A DNA stretch of 64,000 nucleotides from Monocercomonoides exilis PA203 (lineage: Eukaryota > Protista > Preaxostyla): positions 1-64,000 of the forward strand of contig LSRY02000062.1 in assembly GCA_001643675.2 (NCBI GenBank). Direction: 5' to 3'. A model generated the notes under the pieces. The model ran no database searches. It was not told the DNA's origin and was given only the letters and a program-made list of their open reading frames with translations. Positions 12,401 to 24,323 of the stretch are shown piece by piece (position 1 is the first letter of the stretch; each line of letters starts with the position of its first letter). Both the position numbers and the translations under genes were made by a program.

Positions 12401-13078
12401 CACTAGTCTGAAAGGTTCGTGCATCTGAGTCATGTTGACGAATTCGCATTGGCGCACAGCAACTGAAGTGGAAGGCGACGAAGGCAAAAACGAACCGTGA
12501 CATTGCACCAAGTCCCTGAAATCGCTTGAAGAAACACTCACTCTGCCTGGTTTTGACAGAATGTGTTTCGACTCTGACAGGCTCACAAGGTTCGCCATCC
12601 TTCCACTTCCCAAAGGCAATTGGAGCGAAATGTTGAAAAGCACACTCTCTCCGCTTTCCATCCTAAACGGACTCTCTGCCCCCTCCTGTGCAATCTCCAC
12701 TCTGCAGCTCCACAACTTCAGGGCTGAGCTGCTCTGGATGTCAATCAAGCTCTTTCCACGTGTTTGTTGAAGAACAGCTTTTTGAATCGTCATCGATGTG
12801 TTGGATATCGAAGCCCAAGTGGAAATCCAGCTCTCTTCGTTGGACCTTTGCTTTTCACTGTTCTCGCTTTTTGCTCTGCTTCTGCGGCCTTCCAAGCTGT
12901 TTCTTGAGACTGCAATTCCTGATGTTTCTTCTCTGCCATTTCTTTTTTCACTGCCAATGTCTGTCTCAGCAAAGCTCTTCCAGGGTTGGCTTGTTGCACC
13001 TGATCCCAAACAAACGAACACCAGCAGCAAAACTCTCATGAGATGCTGAACGTTGCAACGGGAAATGGCAGAACTCAT
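5304..13078 (-). CDS. Large type I membrane protein (signal peptide, 4 Cys/beta-helix-like modules, TM, TK/TKL-like pseudokinase), split by 4 frameshifts
   Basis: Five abutting ORFs (10241-13078, 9204-10244, 8596-9207, 6671-8668, 5304-6734) join into a ~2590-aa paralogue of 33483-41375. Signal-like MRVLLLVFVCLGSGA, GGAI / FxxN motifs, four CG....(P)C modules, TM WVLIVCVVIVVILLIALIISII, RWKAPE...LWECLT..IPF...RPTL tail. Confidence 0.85.
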
Positions 13079-13702
13079 CAGAATGCAACCATTATTTACT
13101 CTTTCAGATCAACAAAATTATCTCAACTTTTTCGTTTGAAATGTTGCTTTGATCTCGATTTTCTTTTTCTTTCTTTTTTTTTTTTCAATTTTGCATTTCG
13201 TCAGTTATATTTTTATTTTTGGAATTTGTGATGCTCTTCTTGCTCGGTTTGTTCTTTTTGCCTGGAAATACCATTCTCACTTTTTCATTCATTCTTTCTT
13301 TCTTTGGCGTTAAATTCAAAGATAAAATTTCAATTCAATCATCCAACAAGATAATTGTCAGCATATTGCATAGAAACCTGTTCACCACTCATGGAAGCCT
13401 CATGCTTGAAAGCAGCCCTGATTTTGAGAAATTTAACAAATATTGTATTTTGGCCAAGCTTATTCCTCGTTCTCATCTTCCTGTGCTGTCAAAAGTTGTT
13501 CATACGATGAATCAATGTGGTAATGATTATTCCAAAAAGTTGTGGAAATTTTCAAGGAGAAGCGAATCATTCTGTTGGTTTCAGTGGGTATTTTGAGTTC
13601 AAATCACAAAATCATCTTTTCTCGGCCAACCAGCCCTGCAAGCAGCAAAATCACCTCGACAACTCTCATGCACGGTGATGCAAAACAAAAAGCGGATGTG
13701 TT

Positions 13703-15790
13703 GTGCGCTTTGTTAGAAACATCAAAACCGAGCGAAGAAATGAAAAAAGCGATGATCGGACCTGCCATATTTATCAGCTCGAAAACGTGTATTTTTGTTT
13801 TTCTGATGCGTTGAGCAGAGACAGCATGGAGGGCAATCGCACACATGATGAGGTATGGCAGGCACTCTGTTGTTGTGGATTTCTTGTTTTCTGCTGTGCG
13901 GTGGACATTGCTATATTTTTATTTGCAGATCTTATTGGCGCAGCGTTTCGACGAGCGGGATGAGTTGCAGGGCAGGAACAGTTTGAGCATCAGCACCGCA
14001 AATCCGAAAAAAAGCGATGTGTCTGAGGCTGTTCATGGCTCGTTGCTTGGAGGAGCGTCTTCGCAGTTTGCTTTGTCTTTGCCAATCTTTGCAGCGGAAT
14101 CGGGGGCTTCATCGTCGCTTGCAATGAGTGCAGCGCAAATGCTGCATCTGAGGAGCGGGCAGATGAAAAGTGTGCTGGAGCAGCCGACTTCATCTTTTCG
14201 TTCGTCCAACTGGTTTTCGTTTGTGGAAAGTGCCCCGAGCTCTTCAGAGCCACATTTTGTTTCATCGTCTGTGGGCACTCAGCTGCCTGTGTGTCTCGAT
14301 CTGGGACATTCTTCAAAGGCGCAGAAGGAGGAACCCCCGTCTGACAATTCGGAGCCCAAAGAAGAGCAAGAGAGAGATTCGTGGATGCCTGCAGATGGGC
14401 TGGGGCCAGAGGGGCTGGCAAGACCCCTGGCAAAGATACTCGGGTGGGGCGACAGCTTCGTGAAGAACAAGAGGGAGGTACTGGTGAGCCTTTGGCGGAG
14501 CTACGACAGCGAGGTGCAGCGGAGGGCAGGGAGCATTTCAGAGGTTGCGCTGTTGGCAGGGGTGAAAGGGGGCGCTGGCTCAGGCACAGAAGAGGCAGGG
14601 GTGGATGAGGCGCTGAGGGAGGAGGCAGAAAAGGCGCGGAGGCTGCGGGAGAAGACGATCCGGGTGGAGATCAAAGAGGCAAGGATCTTCCACAAGATGT
14701 TTGGGGTGTGGGTGGGGAAAGACTGGGTTGTGGACGAGGCAGAGCGGGTGATGTGGGAGGCGGCAGAAGAGGCAGCAGCGGGCAGGGCAGGCGATGGAGC
14801 TGTGAATGAGCCGGGATTGAGTGAGGGAATTGGTGCAGCAGCACAGGAATGCTGGGGAGGAGGCGAAGGCGGAGAAGGCTGGGGAAGGCAGGGGGAGCTG
14901 CAGGAGAAGGCGAACTTCTATGAGCTGTATCCGAAGGTGAAGAAGCAGATGAAGAAAATCAAGATGGAGATGCTGGACCAGCTGATGGAGCAGGTGGAGC
15001 TGTACCCTCGGCGCGGATGCCCAGCGCTGGCAGAATTGCATGTTCGCTCGAGACCGCATGGCGCAGGCAAGACAGCTGGCTGTGCTTCTGCAGGGGTTTG
15101 GAGGGAGCTTGAAGGGAAGTCTCGTGAAGGTGGAAGTGAGTGGTCAGGCTGTCTGTCTGGTGCAGAGGCAGACAAGGGAAAATTCAGCTTTGCAGACTTT
15201 GCTTGCACTGCGCAGGCTCAGCTGGGCTGCTGGGAAACGGAAGACAAACTGTGCACAGCCAGCCATCTCCAGCCGGCTCTTGCTGGGGAGGCACTTTTGA
15301 TGCAGCGTTTGCAGCACCACCAGAATGGGAGGGATGCTGGCGAGTTGTTCGAGAAAGTACCAATGCAGAAGTTGAGCTCAACGATTCTGCGATTCCCTGT
15401 AACGTTGTGCTGGATGAAAATAGAGCGAGCTTGCTGGTGCAGCAGGTCGTGCAGGTTGTTGTGCCTCTTGTTCCTGCAGGTCTGTTTGCAGGAGGGAAGC
15501 TGCCTTCTTCGCTGTCTGGCTCTGACACAGCAGCGCTTGTGCGCGAAAAGGGCAGAAGAGCCAAGCGTGAAACGCTGCGAGCACAGATGGGGAAGCGGAG
15601 GTGCTGGGTGTTCCGGCCGACACCGCTGCAGCAGAGGTACCTGTGGGTGTTCGACAGGATGCCGATCAACTTCAAGAAAAGGGTGAAGAACTGGATCCAC
15701 GGGAAGGGGAACAGAGATGCAGACATCTCCCAGATGCCCCGCTATCTGAGGGTTGCGTGTGCTGAGGCGCTTCCTGCTCTGAAGCCCTGA
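13703..15790 (+). CDS. Hypothetical protein, probably spliced and frameshifted
   Basis: GC/G-rich long ORFs 13845-15686 and 15140-15790 with the same G-rich sense-strand bias as real genes here. Plausible intron 13853-13928 (GTATGG...TTGCAG). No recognisable domain; boundaries uncertain. Confidence 0.4.
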
Positions 15791-16676
15791 GCAAAGCGCA
15801 CATGCGTAATTTTCGACAAAAGAAAAAATGTTTTGAATGTTCTTTCTCTATTTCCCTTTTTTGAACAATTTGTTTTTTTATTTTATTTTATTTTATTTAT
15901 TTTATTTGAAAGAAAATTTTAGTTTTAAAAAACTAAATTAAAAAATAAAAACAAATCTCTTTTTGAGAAAAAATACAAAAAAAATTAATCAATAAAATAA
16001 AACGTCTATCAAATTATAAATTTGTTTTGTGTTATTCTTCAGCAATATGAACCCAGAATGGATCCTTACCAAATATTCACACATAAATATCCAGCACCTG
16101 GATTATTATTATCTCCCAAATAAAGAGAATAATCAGCAAATGGGCACGGTGTTGAAGCCTGTTTGTATTTTATTGTGAATCCCACTGGTCCAACAGGAAT
16201 TGAGGTTGAAACATTTGATTATTTATTTCACTGAAAACAATGGACTCTTTAAGTGCTTTTGTGACAAAACCAATTCATGATTGCACAAAAAGCTAGAAAA
16301 TTCGTATGAAAAATGAAAAATCTTTTTTCTTTCTTCGGAAAAAGGTTGCTTGAGGAGTTCCCGCTTTTTTCTTAATGTTCATGGGTCATTCTTATTGAAT
16401 CCAAATTATTTCTGTAAAATTTACCAATTTGTAAATTTGTGCATATGCACACTTAACAGTAATTTCTAATACTTGCATATTTCGTTTGTTTATTGCTTAT
16501 AAACATCATTTGTGATGTTTTAAGAATCAAAAACATGTGAAAGTTTATCAAAATTAAATTACAATTATACAAAAAATTTGAAAATTGTACAATTTTTCTT
16601 GACAAAAAATGAAAAAAGTCAGTTAAAAAAGATTAAAATAAAATAAAATAGTTTATCTTTATGAGTTTTCTGAATA

Positions 16677-17726
16677 CTAGGATGAAAATAAACAATCGCC
16701 TGGGTAAATATTGTAGTTTTCACTTGATTCGCTGTCATCGGAAATAATCAAATCATCCAAATCAGGAATTTCTTCTTCAGCTTCTTCTGTTTGTTTTTCT
16801 TTGTGGAAAACGATTTTTGATACAAATTCTTCAATTCTCACAATCTTTCTCTTATTAATCATCCAAAAAGCAAGTTGATCTGAAATGGATTTTTCTCAAA
16901 TGTCATAAAGAGGGAAAAAATCTTCGCATATGGCTCCAAAATATTTCGATTGAATTTGTGTATGCGTGAGTTTCTTCATCATATATTTTTCTCTTGTGGC
17001 ACACTGTTAGATGATTGCATCCTAGACGAGAAAGAGATAAAAATGCATTCCATTCATCTGATATTATTGTTGAATGCTGAAGAATGTGCTTTTGAATGAT
17101 AGGAATTGACGTCGAAGTGGAACGGTCTGGTACAATCATAACAAAAAAATTCCTTGTTTAATCCATTTTATCTTTCTTTCGCTCCACTGCACCAAAGACC
17201 AACATCTGTTTCTTTCTTTTTCCTCTATGTTATTTTCTTCTCCTTAAAACACATTCATCTATCTCATCAATAATGTTTTCGCCTCCAAGAATAGTTTCAT
17301 TCTGATTTATGATGTCCATCGCGCAACATCTCATAACAGATGACCAATATGCCACAGAGTTCCAATGAATACCCAACATTTCCGAGCAAAATTTTTCACT
17401 AGCACCATTCCAAATAAATTGGATAATTATCCTAATTAAGTTTATTGGTATCCCACGTCGATAAAATGATAAACTCTTGTTTTCCGATTGCGGATTGCTG
17501 CATTTTCTGCAAACACACACCATCCTTTTATAGTGACGCAGTAAATCCATTTCATTTCTGTGTCTTCTGCATTTTGGCTTGATTTAGATGATTTTCTAAA
17601 ATATCCATTTTTCTGATTTCTCCGAATTGAGAAACAATCTGAATAATTTATATGCAGGTTTTTTTGGTTGAGCAAGTGAATCATCCGAATCAGACACTTC
17701 TTCCAAAAATTATTTGTTTCTCTCAT
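16677..17726 (-). mobile_element. Decayed Merlin / IS1595 (ISXO2-like) DDE transposase
   Basis: Fragments read LGGENIIDEIDECVLRRRK*..VFGAVER..VPDRSTST.IPII..HI..STIISDEW..L..LGCNHLTVCH..ETHAYTNSIEIFW, matching the IS1595/Merlin GG..VEIDE / SD.W / H.TVNH / HTN.IE.W motifs. Contains an in-frame stop and frameshifts. No TIRs found by eye. Confidence 0.85.
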
Positions 17727-18620
17727 AATTTTCCATTTCTCAATCAGATTTCAAAATAAACTATATTTTCATGTCCGATAGCAAACATATTATTTATGAT
17801 AACAAAAATTTCAATATCTCACAAGTGCTTCAAATTATGAATATATTTATGTGCTTTTTTGATCACAAATAATAAATCAAAAGTGCATAAATTTTCTAAG
17901 AAATAGCCTGAAGTTCGAGAATTTTCTCCTTTTCTTCTTGACAAGAAAACTTGTTTTTGATTTTCTTCATTTCAATTTTCTAACCTTTTCTTATGGAAAT
18001 CTCCGTCATCTTCAAAAGTTCAAATGATTATGACATTGTTATTTGTCCACACTGAATTTGATTTTGGCAGAGGGAGTTTTAGTTTTATTTTTTTCTCGCC
18101 ATAACATGAACTCACAAATATCATTTTCATCACTTCAATGATTTTTTTTTTTTTCTTTCCTTTAAAAAACATTTCAAATAGATTGTTACTGATATGTGAA
18201 ACAAATAAACACGAAAATTATCAATAGATTATTTTTTTTTTGATAAGAAATATTTAACAGTTCGAATATATCAGTTGCAAAATTGGTATCAAAACGTTGA
18301 CGATAATAAGAATCAAAATTTGATTTTCAAACATACAAACATCCAAACAAAAAATCAAAATCTTTTAAATTTCAAGAACACCAATCAACTTAAATAATAG
18401 AAGTTTCAAACAATACAATTTCATTAAAAGTTATGGAAATAATAAAAAATACATAAAATAATTTCTTTTAAATAATTTCTTCATATTTCAAGAATAAACA
18501 CCATTTATGATAAAAATAATTATGAAGAAACAAGACAACAATAAAATTCAATGTACGTATTTGCTTTATTACAAAATCAAAATATCTATAGCTTAATTGC
18601 AATAACACCACTTCAAACAT

Positions 18621-21600
18621 TCATTTCGATGATTCATTTATTGTTGAAGGCTTACTCTTTAATAGTTTTGGAATTAGTAAATCTTCTTTCGAAAAATGAG
18701 AAAAAACATCACAGACAAATATCTTTTCGCAATAATATGGCTTGCAGCATCTTTTTGTTTCAGTATATCTCCGATAATAGTCAAACGTTGCCGTATCAAA
18801 AGATGTTGCCTTATGTGAAAATCCTTCACTAAAGCAACATCCAAAATGTCTGCACAAAGCTCTGAAGAATTTGCATTTTGATGCCCCATCGAAGATGCTG
18901 TGGCTGTTAAATTCTTTCTTTTTGATAGTGCATTAAACATTCTTTCTTCCTTCTGAAATGCATCAAAAACAATAACCATTAGATGCTCATGCAAAGATGA
19001 AAGAGTTGCAACTCCTATTTTTTGGTTAATTCCCTCAATCAAAATTTGAGTACATGTAAGCATTTCCTTTCTCCGATCATCAATTGCACTCAATCCTGTT
19101 TGCATATCCTTGGCAAGCTCAAAGCCCATCTTGTCCTCCTCTTCATCAGCTGGAAGCATCAAGAGGATGCGATCAGTAATAACTCGCTTGCTTTTGAATG
19201 ATTGATGAAGGCAAACATTCATACTGACATGCAACGCAATGATTGCAACGACAACTTAAACAGACGATATAACAACAATATTTTGAGCAGATTTGATATC
19301 TGTTGAAGCTTCATTAACAAAGTTATCACTTATTGAATCCATCCCTTCGAGAAGATCGTATCTAATAAAAGACACAACATATTTGTAGATAATATTGTAG
19401 CAAGAAAAGTGAGTCGCATCTGAATGGCTTTACAACTCAATAAAATTTGACAATCTTGTAAATAAAGACAATAGTGATGGTGGAGCATCATCAGAGAATC
19501 GGGCGAGCCAATAACTCATACTAATCTCATCACATATCGAAGTATTGCCCGAAAAACATAATTTTGTTGTTAACAGAGAACGAGCATTCAACGAAACAGA
19601 TGCACGTTTTGTTGGAAGCCCATAAATCATTGCATCGTTCGTCTTTGTGATTTCGATGTTTCCAAAATGGACCTGGTGATGCATATTCAAAAAGAAAGTG
19701 TGCATGCCTTTCAGAATAGATGCTAGCTTAACTGAATCGTCAGAAAGATGATCGCTACTTCTCCAAACAGGATTCGTTGAATAAGGATATTCGATGCGAG
19801 TCGGAGGAACAATCTCTGAGCCTCTGGATCCCAATCTTAGAACAAGAAACTGAATAATAAGCAACATTGTAGGTCGCAGACCAGAAACAATTAACGAAGC
19901 AATAAATTGTCTGAATTTCATTGTAAGCTGCACCACAACTTCAATTGCAACAACAGTCACCAAATAATTGAAGCAGAATACAATAAGCATCAGAGTGATG
20001 TGCACTCCCGTAACAGCAGGTGGGAGTGATTCGAAGCTTGTGGTCAATCTTTCCAGTTGTTTTTCAAGATGGTCCTCCCATTCGGTATCAGGCACTGTAT
20101 GTCTGAGAAAACCACGAGGTTGCTCGTTCTCTTCATCATTGCAATTGAGCTGACGCAAAAGAGGAACCAACAAAGCTTTTTCATTCGGAGGAGAAATCAT
20201 CTTCAAATCTTTCGATAACGCAAAAAGCGCTTCATTGTGTTTGGATAACTGTTCAGATTGATGATTTTGCTCGAAACAATTCTTATTTATGATTTTTCTG
20301 TCGTGATAGTATTCTGTCGCATCCAAATTGTCATCAACTTTGTTTTGAGAAGAAAAGTTCCATTCTTCGAGTGAATGCTTTTGTTGAGACTGCATCTGCC
20401 GTTTGGACATGGCCAAAAGTTTTTCATATGCTCTTTTTCTCGATTTCTGAAGGTTGTAGAAAGAATAACAAGTGAAGAGTAAATAAACAATGCTCAAAGC
20501 ATTTTCAATGTTGGAAAGCACAACGGAATAAGCAATGATGATGTTACGATTTGCTTGAAAAGTCGTTTTATTAAGTTTTGCCAGTGCACTTTTTCCACCT
20601 TCCACAACACTTTGGAAAGAGTTGAACATCAAAATCAAAAGATTAGAATAAAACGAAGGAAGCGATTGAGGATTATCCGAAGAACCCAAAATTCTTGCTT
20701 TTTGAGCAAGTATTGAAAGAGTATTCAGTAATGACGTTGTTTGACCCGTTTGTGATATGATAGTTATTGCGGTGTTTGATGTCAGAGGCGACGAAGATTG
20801 GGCAGCGAGAGGAATAGAGGCATTTAAATCATGTGTTTCAGATAAAGCTTCCATAGAAAATGAAGACAAATGCTTATGAATAATTTCTTGTGAGTGATTG
20901 GAGGATTGAACGGAAAATATATTTTCAGAACTATTAACAAACGAAAAAGAAGAACTACTATTTATATTATCAATAGAAACGGAAGATGCATTGGAGAATA
21001 TCAAAGGAGTGGGCTGTTCAATTAATGATGAAGAAAAAGAGTGTGACTAAGGAGAGATAGCAGAATTTGATGATTGTTGCGATGAGGTAGAGCTTACCAC
21101 ATAAAATGTTTGCAAATTTAAATAAGCAGATTCCCAAGGAGTCAAATCAGCAATGGCAGAAAAAATCAGAAAAGAAACTTCTACAGAATTGGCAAGCTCC
21201 ACCAGCCTCTTTGTCAATGTGGGAATTGAATGGAGTGTTGGAGATTCCACAGTTTGATTTACAAAATTTTGAGTTGAGTGAATGTATAGGAACATGGAGC
21301 ACATAGACATTTCATTTACTGAAGAGAGTAAGGTGCAAATGCGGTGAAGAGAAATAAGCTCATTGACATGATTGTTAGCAAACGAATAGAATAACATCAT
21401 TGTACCCCCAAAAGCTCCACATAAAAGGATAGTAATTGCAGCTACAACAATTATATAGATTGATGTGATGTCTCTTATCTCATTTTTTCCTGAAAGTTCG
21501 TTAATGGTCTCTTCATCTATGTGAACTGCTGATCGCTTATGCTTCTTTTTCCTTCCATTCGATTGCCGTCGTGCAATCAGAGAATAATTTGCACTAGATT

Positions 21601-23907
21601 TTGAAAGGGATGAATGACTCATTGTTGCGGACAGAGCATTGGGAAGCTTCGAATCATCAGCATCTGCAACAGCAGAAGGATCGGCTGAGTCGTTATGACC
21701 GTATCCTTCTTCCTCTGCCTGAGCAACTCGCGCCATGACAACCTCCGAAGCAGCATCGTCAAAAAATACCCCCTGCAAAAGCTGAGCATACCCGCAAAGA
21801 ACTTTTACACTCATCGGATCAGATGACAAAATCTCTTCGTATCCTTTTTTAGCTCTGTCAGCTGCTTTATTCACGGCGGCCAACTGCTCTGGAATAATCT
21901 TCAAATCAAACGGATTCTGATTCAATGCAATCTGCCAAAACATTTGCACCCCCCGCAATGCATGCTCGTGCTCGTCTTGCGTGACAGCAATTTTTGTTTT
22001 CAAAGCAAGAGTATTCATATCATAATCATCGTCATCATCCTCATCCTCATCATTAAAAACAGATTCTTGTTCGCGCTCCTGGTTTACTTCAATCTCTTTC
22101 AATATCAAAAAATCTGTATCGTTAGGCTTCGAAGATCTATCCATTACGCCTGTTTCAAAAGCATCAGAATTAGAAATTGCAGCGCTTTCATTCGGCTGAA
22201 TGCAACTTCCATCAACTTTATGCTCTGTGGTTAATACTGCCTGAGATGAATAATCATCACCAACACTTTCACAAATTGAGTTGTTGAAGCTGCTAACGTT
22301 AACCTTACTTGCATTACGGCACATGCCCGAATGTTTTGAAGGAGATTTCATCCTCTTTTTCAGAGAATTTCCGCTTCTCCTTTCTCTCAGTGAGTTGATT
22401 TCCTTTTCCAACTGGCGTGTCTGCATCTTGAGATTCACAACAAACGACAGAGAGCCATAACGATGCCGCATCCGACATTCCATAAGCAGCTGAGCCGCTT
22501 TTTTCTTTTTCTTACAGAAATACTCCAGAAAAAGGGAATAATCAAACATCAACGAAGAATCCAACGAAAACCGTTTCAATGCCATAAGATAAACAGTGTT
22601 TGCATAATCAACCATCTCTTCCGTTCGATATTCCTTCAATTGAAGAAAGCTCAAGCTTTTCTCGATATCTCGAGGCGAAGAAAACGAATTGATACGTTTT
22701 AAAACAGTTGGCGTCTTTCACAGCTCTATATTTTGTTCTGTATTTATTTCACTTTTATCTTTTGCTTCATCTGCGTTACAAACACTTTTTTGTGTTTTGC
22801 AATTATTTTCAGACTTTTCAAACGGAAGTTGCTTCATGTCATCTGCTAAAAGCCAAAATTTACACCTCCTTTTTTTCAGACATAATCCGTAAAAAACAGC
22901 CAGCACAAAGGACATCACAATACCAATAATTATGAGCGTAATGCGAGTAACATCATGCTTTCCATCAAGATCAATTCCTTCTGCAATCTCATTGAACAAT
23001 CTTGTAACCCCAAAGAACACAAAAAGAAGTCCATGATACAAATTTCCTTTAAGAGTATAAAACGGTTGAAAGATCAAGATTAATATGCACATAGTGAATG
23101 CTGATCCAATAGTTACAAGCCCACGCCAGAATGGCCAGTCATTCAACATCCTCATAGCAAATACGCAACCAAATATTAAAAAATGAATCAAACTGTCCCA
23201 GATCCCGCTTGAAGAAGATGAGATACCACCATGCTTCGGATCATGAGAAAGCAATCTTGGGTTTAAAAAGAAAAATGTAATTGGATATAACAACAGACAA
23301 AATATGGCTATGATTTGGGTGAATAAACGGAAAACCGATCCATCAAAGCAAGACCCAACGAAAACCGAATAAGATTTCCTCCAACAAATTGGTCAAATTA
23401 ACAATCGGATGAATGAATTAAGATGTTAATGGATGGAATAAATAAGACGGTTAGAATAATTTCATAACATAATATCTCAAAGTTTATTACAGAAGGAAAA
23501 CGAAAATAAGCTTTTCGAAAGATAGAAGACATCATCCCCATATAAACATAAAAACAAAAATTAATAATGCAAATGCTAAACGTTAGAATTAGAGTTGATT
23601 TTCCTAATGCCTGCCCGAAAGATGAACCATCCAAAAAACCAATATAATACGAATAATTACTTTGCCGATGGCTAATTGGATTTACAGAATAAAATAACAA
23701 TGAAAAAAGGAAAGAAACATGATTCCAAATTGAAAAAATTCTCTGAATGTGTGAGCCCTTCGAGTCTTTTATGAAATAATTAGTTGAAATGTATTTTAAA
23801 AAAATAAAAATGAAATATACCTAATGATAAATTGGACGAAGCAGATAGCAAAAAATCTTCTCCAATAATGAAATCCCTTCAAATGCATATGCATAATTGG
23901 TATTCAT
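18621..23907 (-). pseudogene. TmcB/TmcC-like multi-TM protein with C-terminal hemerythrin-like domain, disrupted
   Basis: N-terminal multi-TM block (FQPFYTLKGNL), FSSPRDIE, TPR-like FWQIAL..KGYEEIL..DP.SVKVL.GYAQLL, further TMs, then TGLSAIDD..AFQKEERM..HIRQH..HFSKED. ORF pieces are joined in frame across stops at 22718 (TGA), 21047 (TAG), 19430 (TAA) and 19256 (TAA). There is a stop plus frameshift near 23398 and a frameshift near 18700. Confidence 0.7.
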
Positions 23908-24323
23908 GAGAAATTCTAATGCAATTATGTTTGTGTGCAAAAGGGATAATGGAAATATCAAATTACTTTTTCTTTTTTTATTTTCAAAACAATATGCACA
24001 AAACAGCAATAAAAAAAAATAAAAAAATAATCATGAGCATTTGATGAAAAGAGCAAAAAATTCAATATTAAAAAATCGAAATGCATTTGGCAAAATGATA
24101 CAACACATGAAATAAATTATTTGATTTTCATAATATAAAACATTGTGGAGCACTTTTGTTTGTCTTTAACATTTTGAATAACTAAGAAACACAACAGAAA
24201 CTTCTATCTAGCTCTTTTAAAAAGAAACAATAAACACAAGAAACATATCGCTATTAAGATAAAGAGGATAAAATCAGCAAAAACAAACAAACAGAAAAAT
24301 AGTATTTAACGCATTTATTCAGT

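Noticed and set aside
18621-23907. TAA/TAG = Gln alternative genetic code
   Set aside because: DOCK and eIF4E end in TAA, and AMPK and GNAT end in TAG. Very long ORFs contain no internal TAR, and the disrupted gene also has an in-frame TGA.
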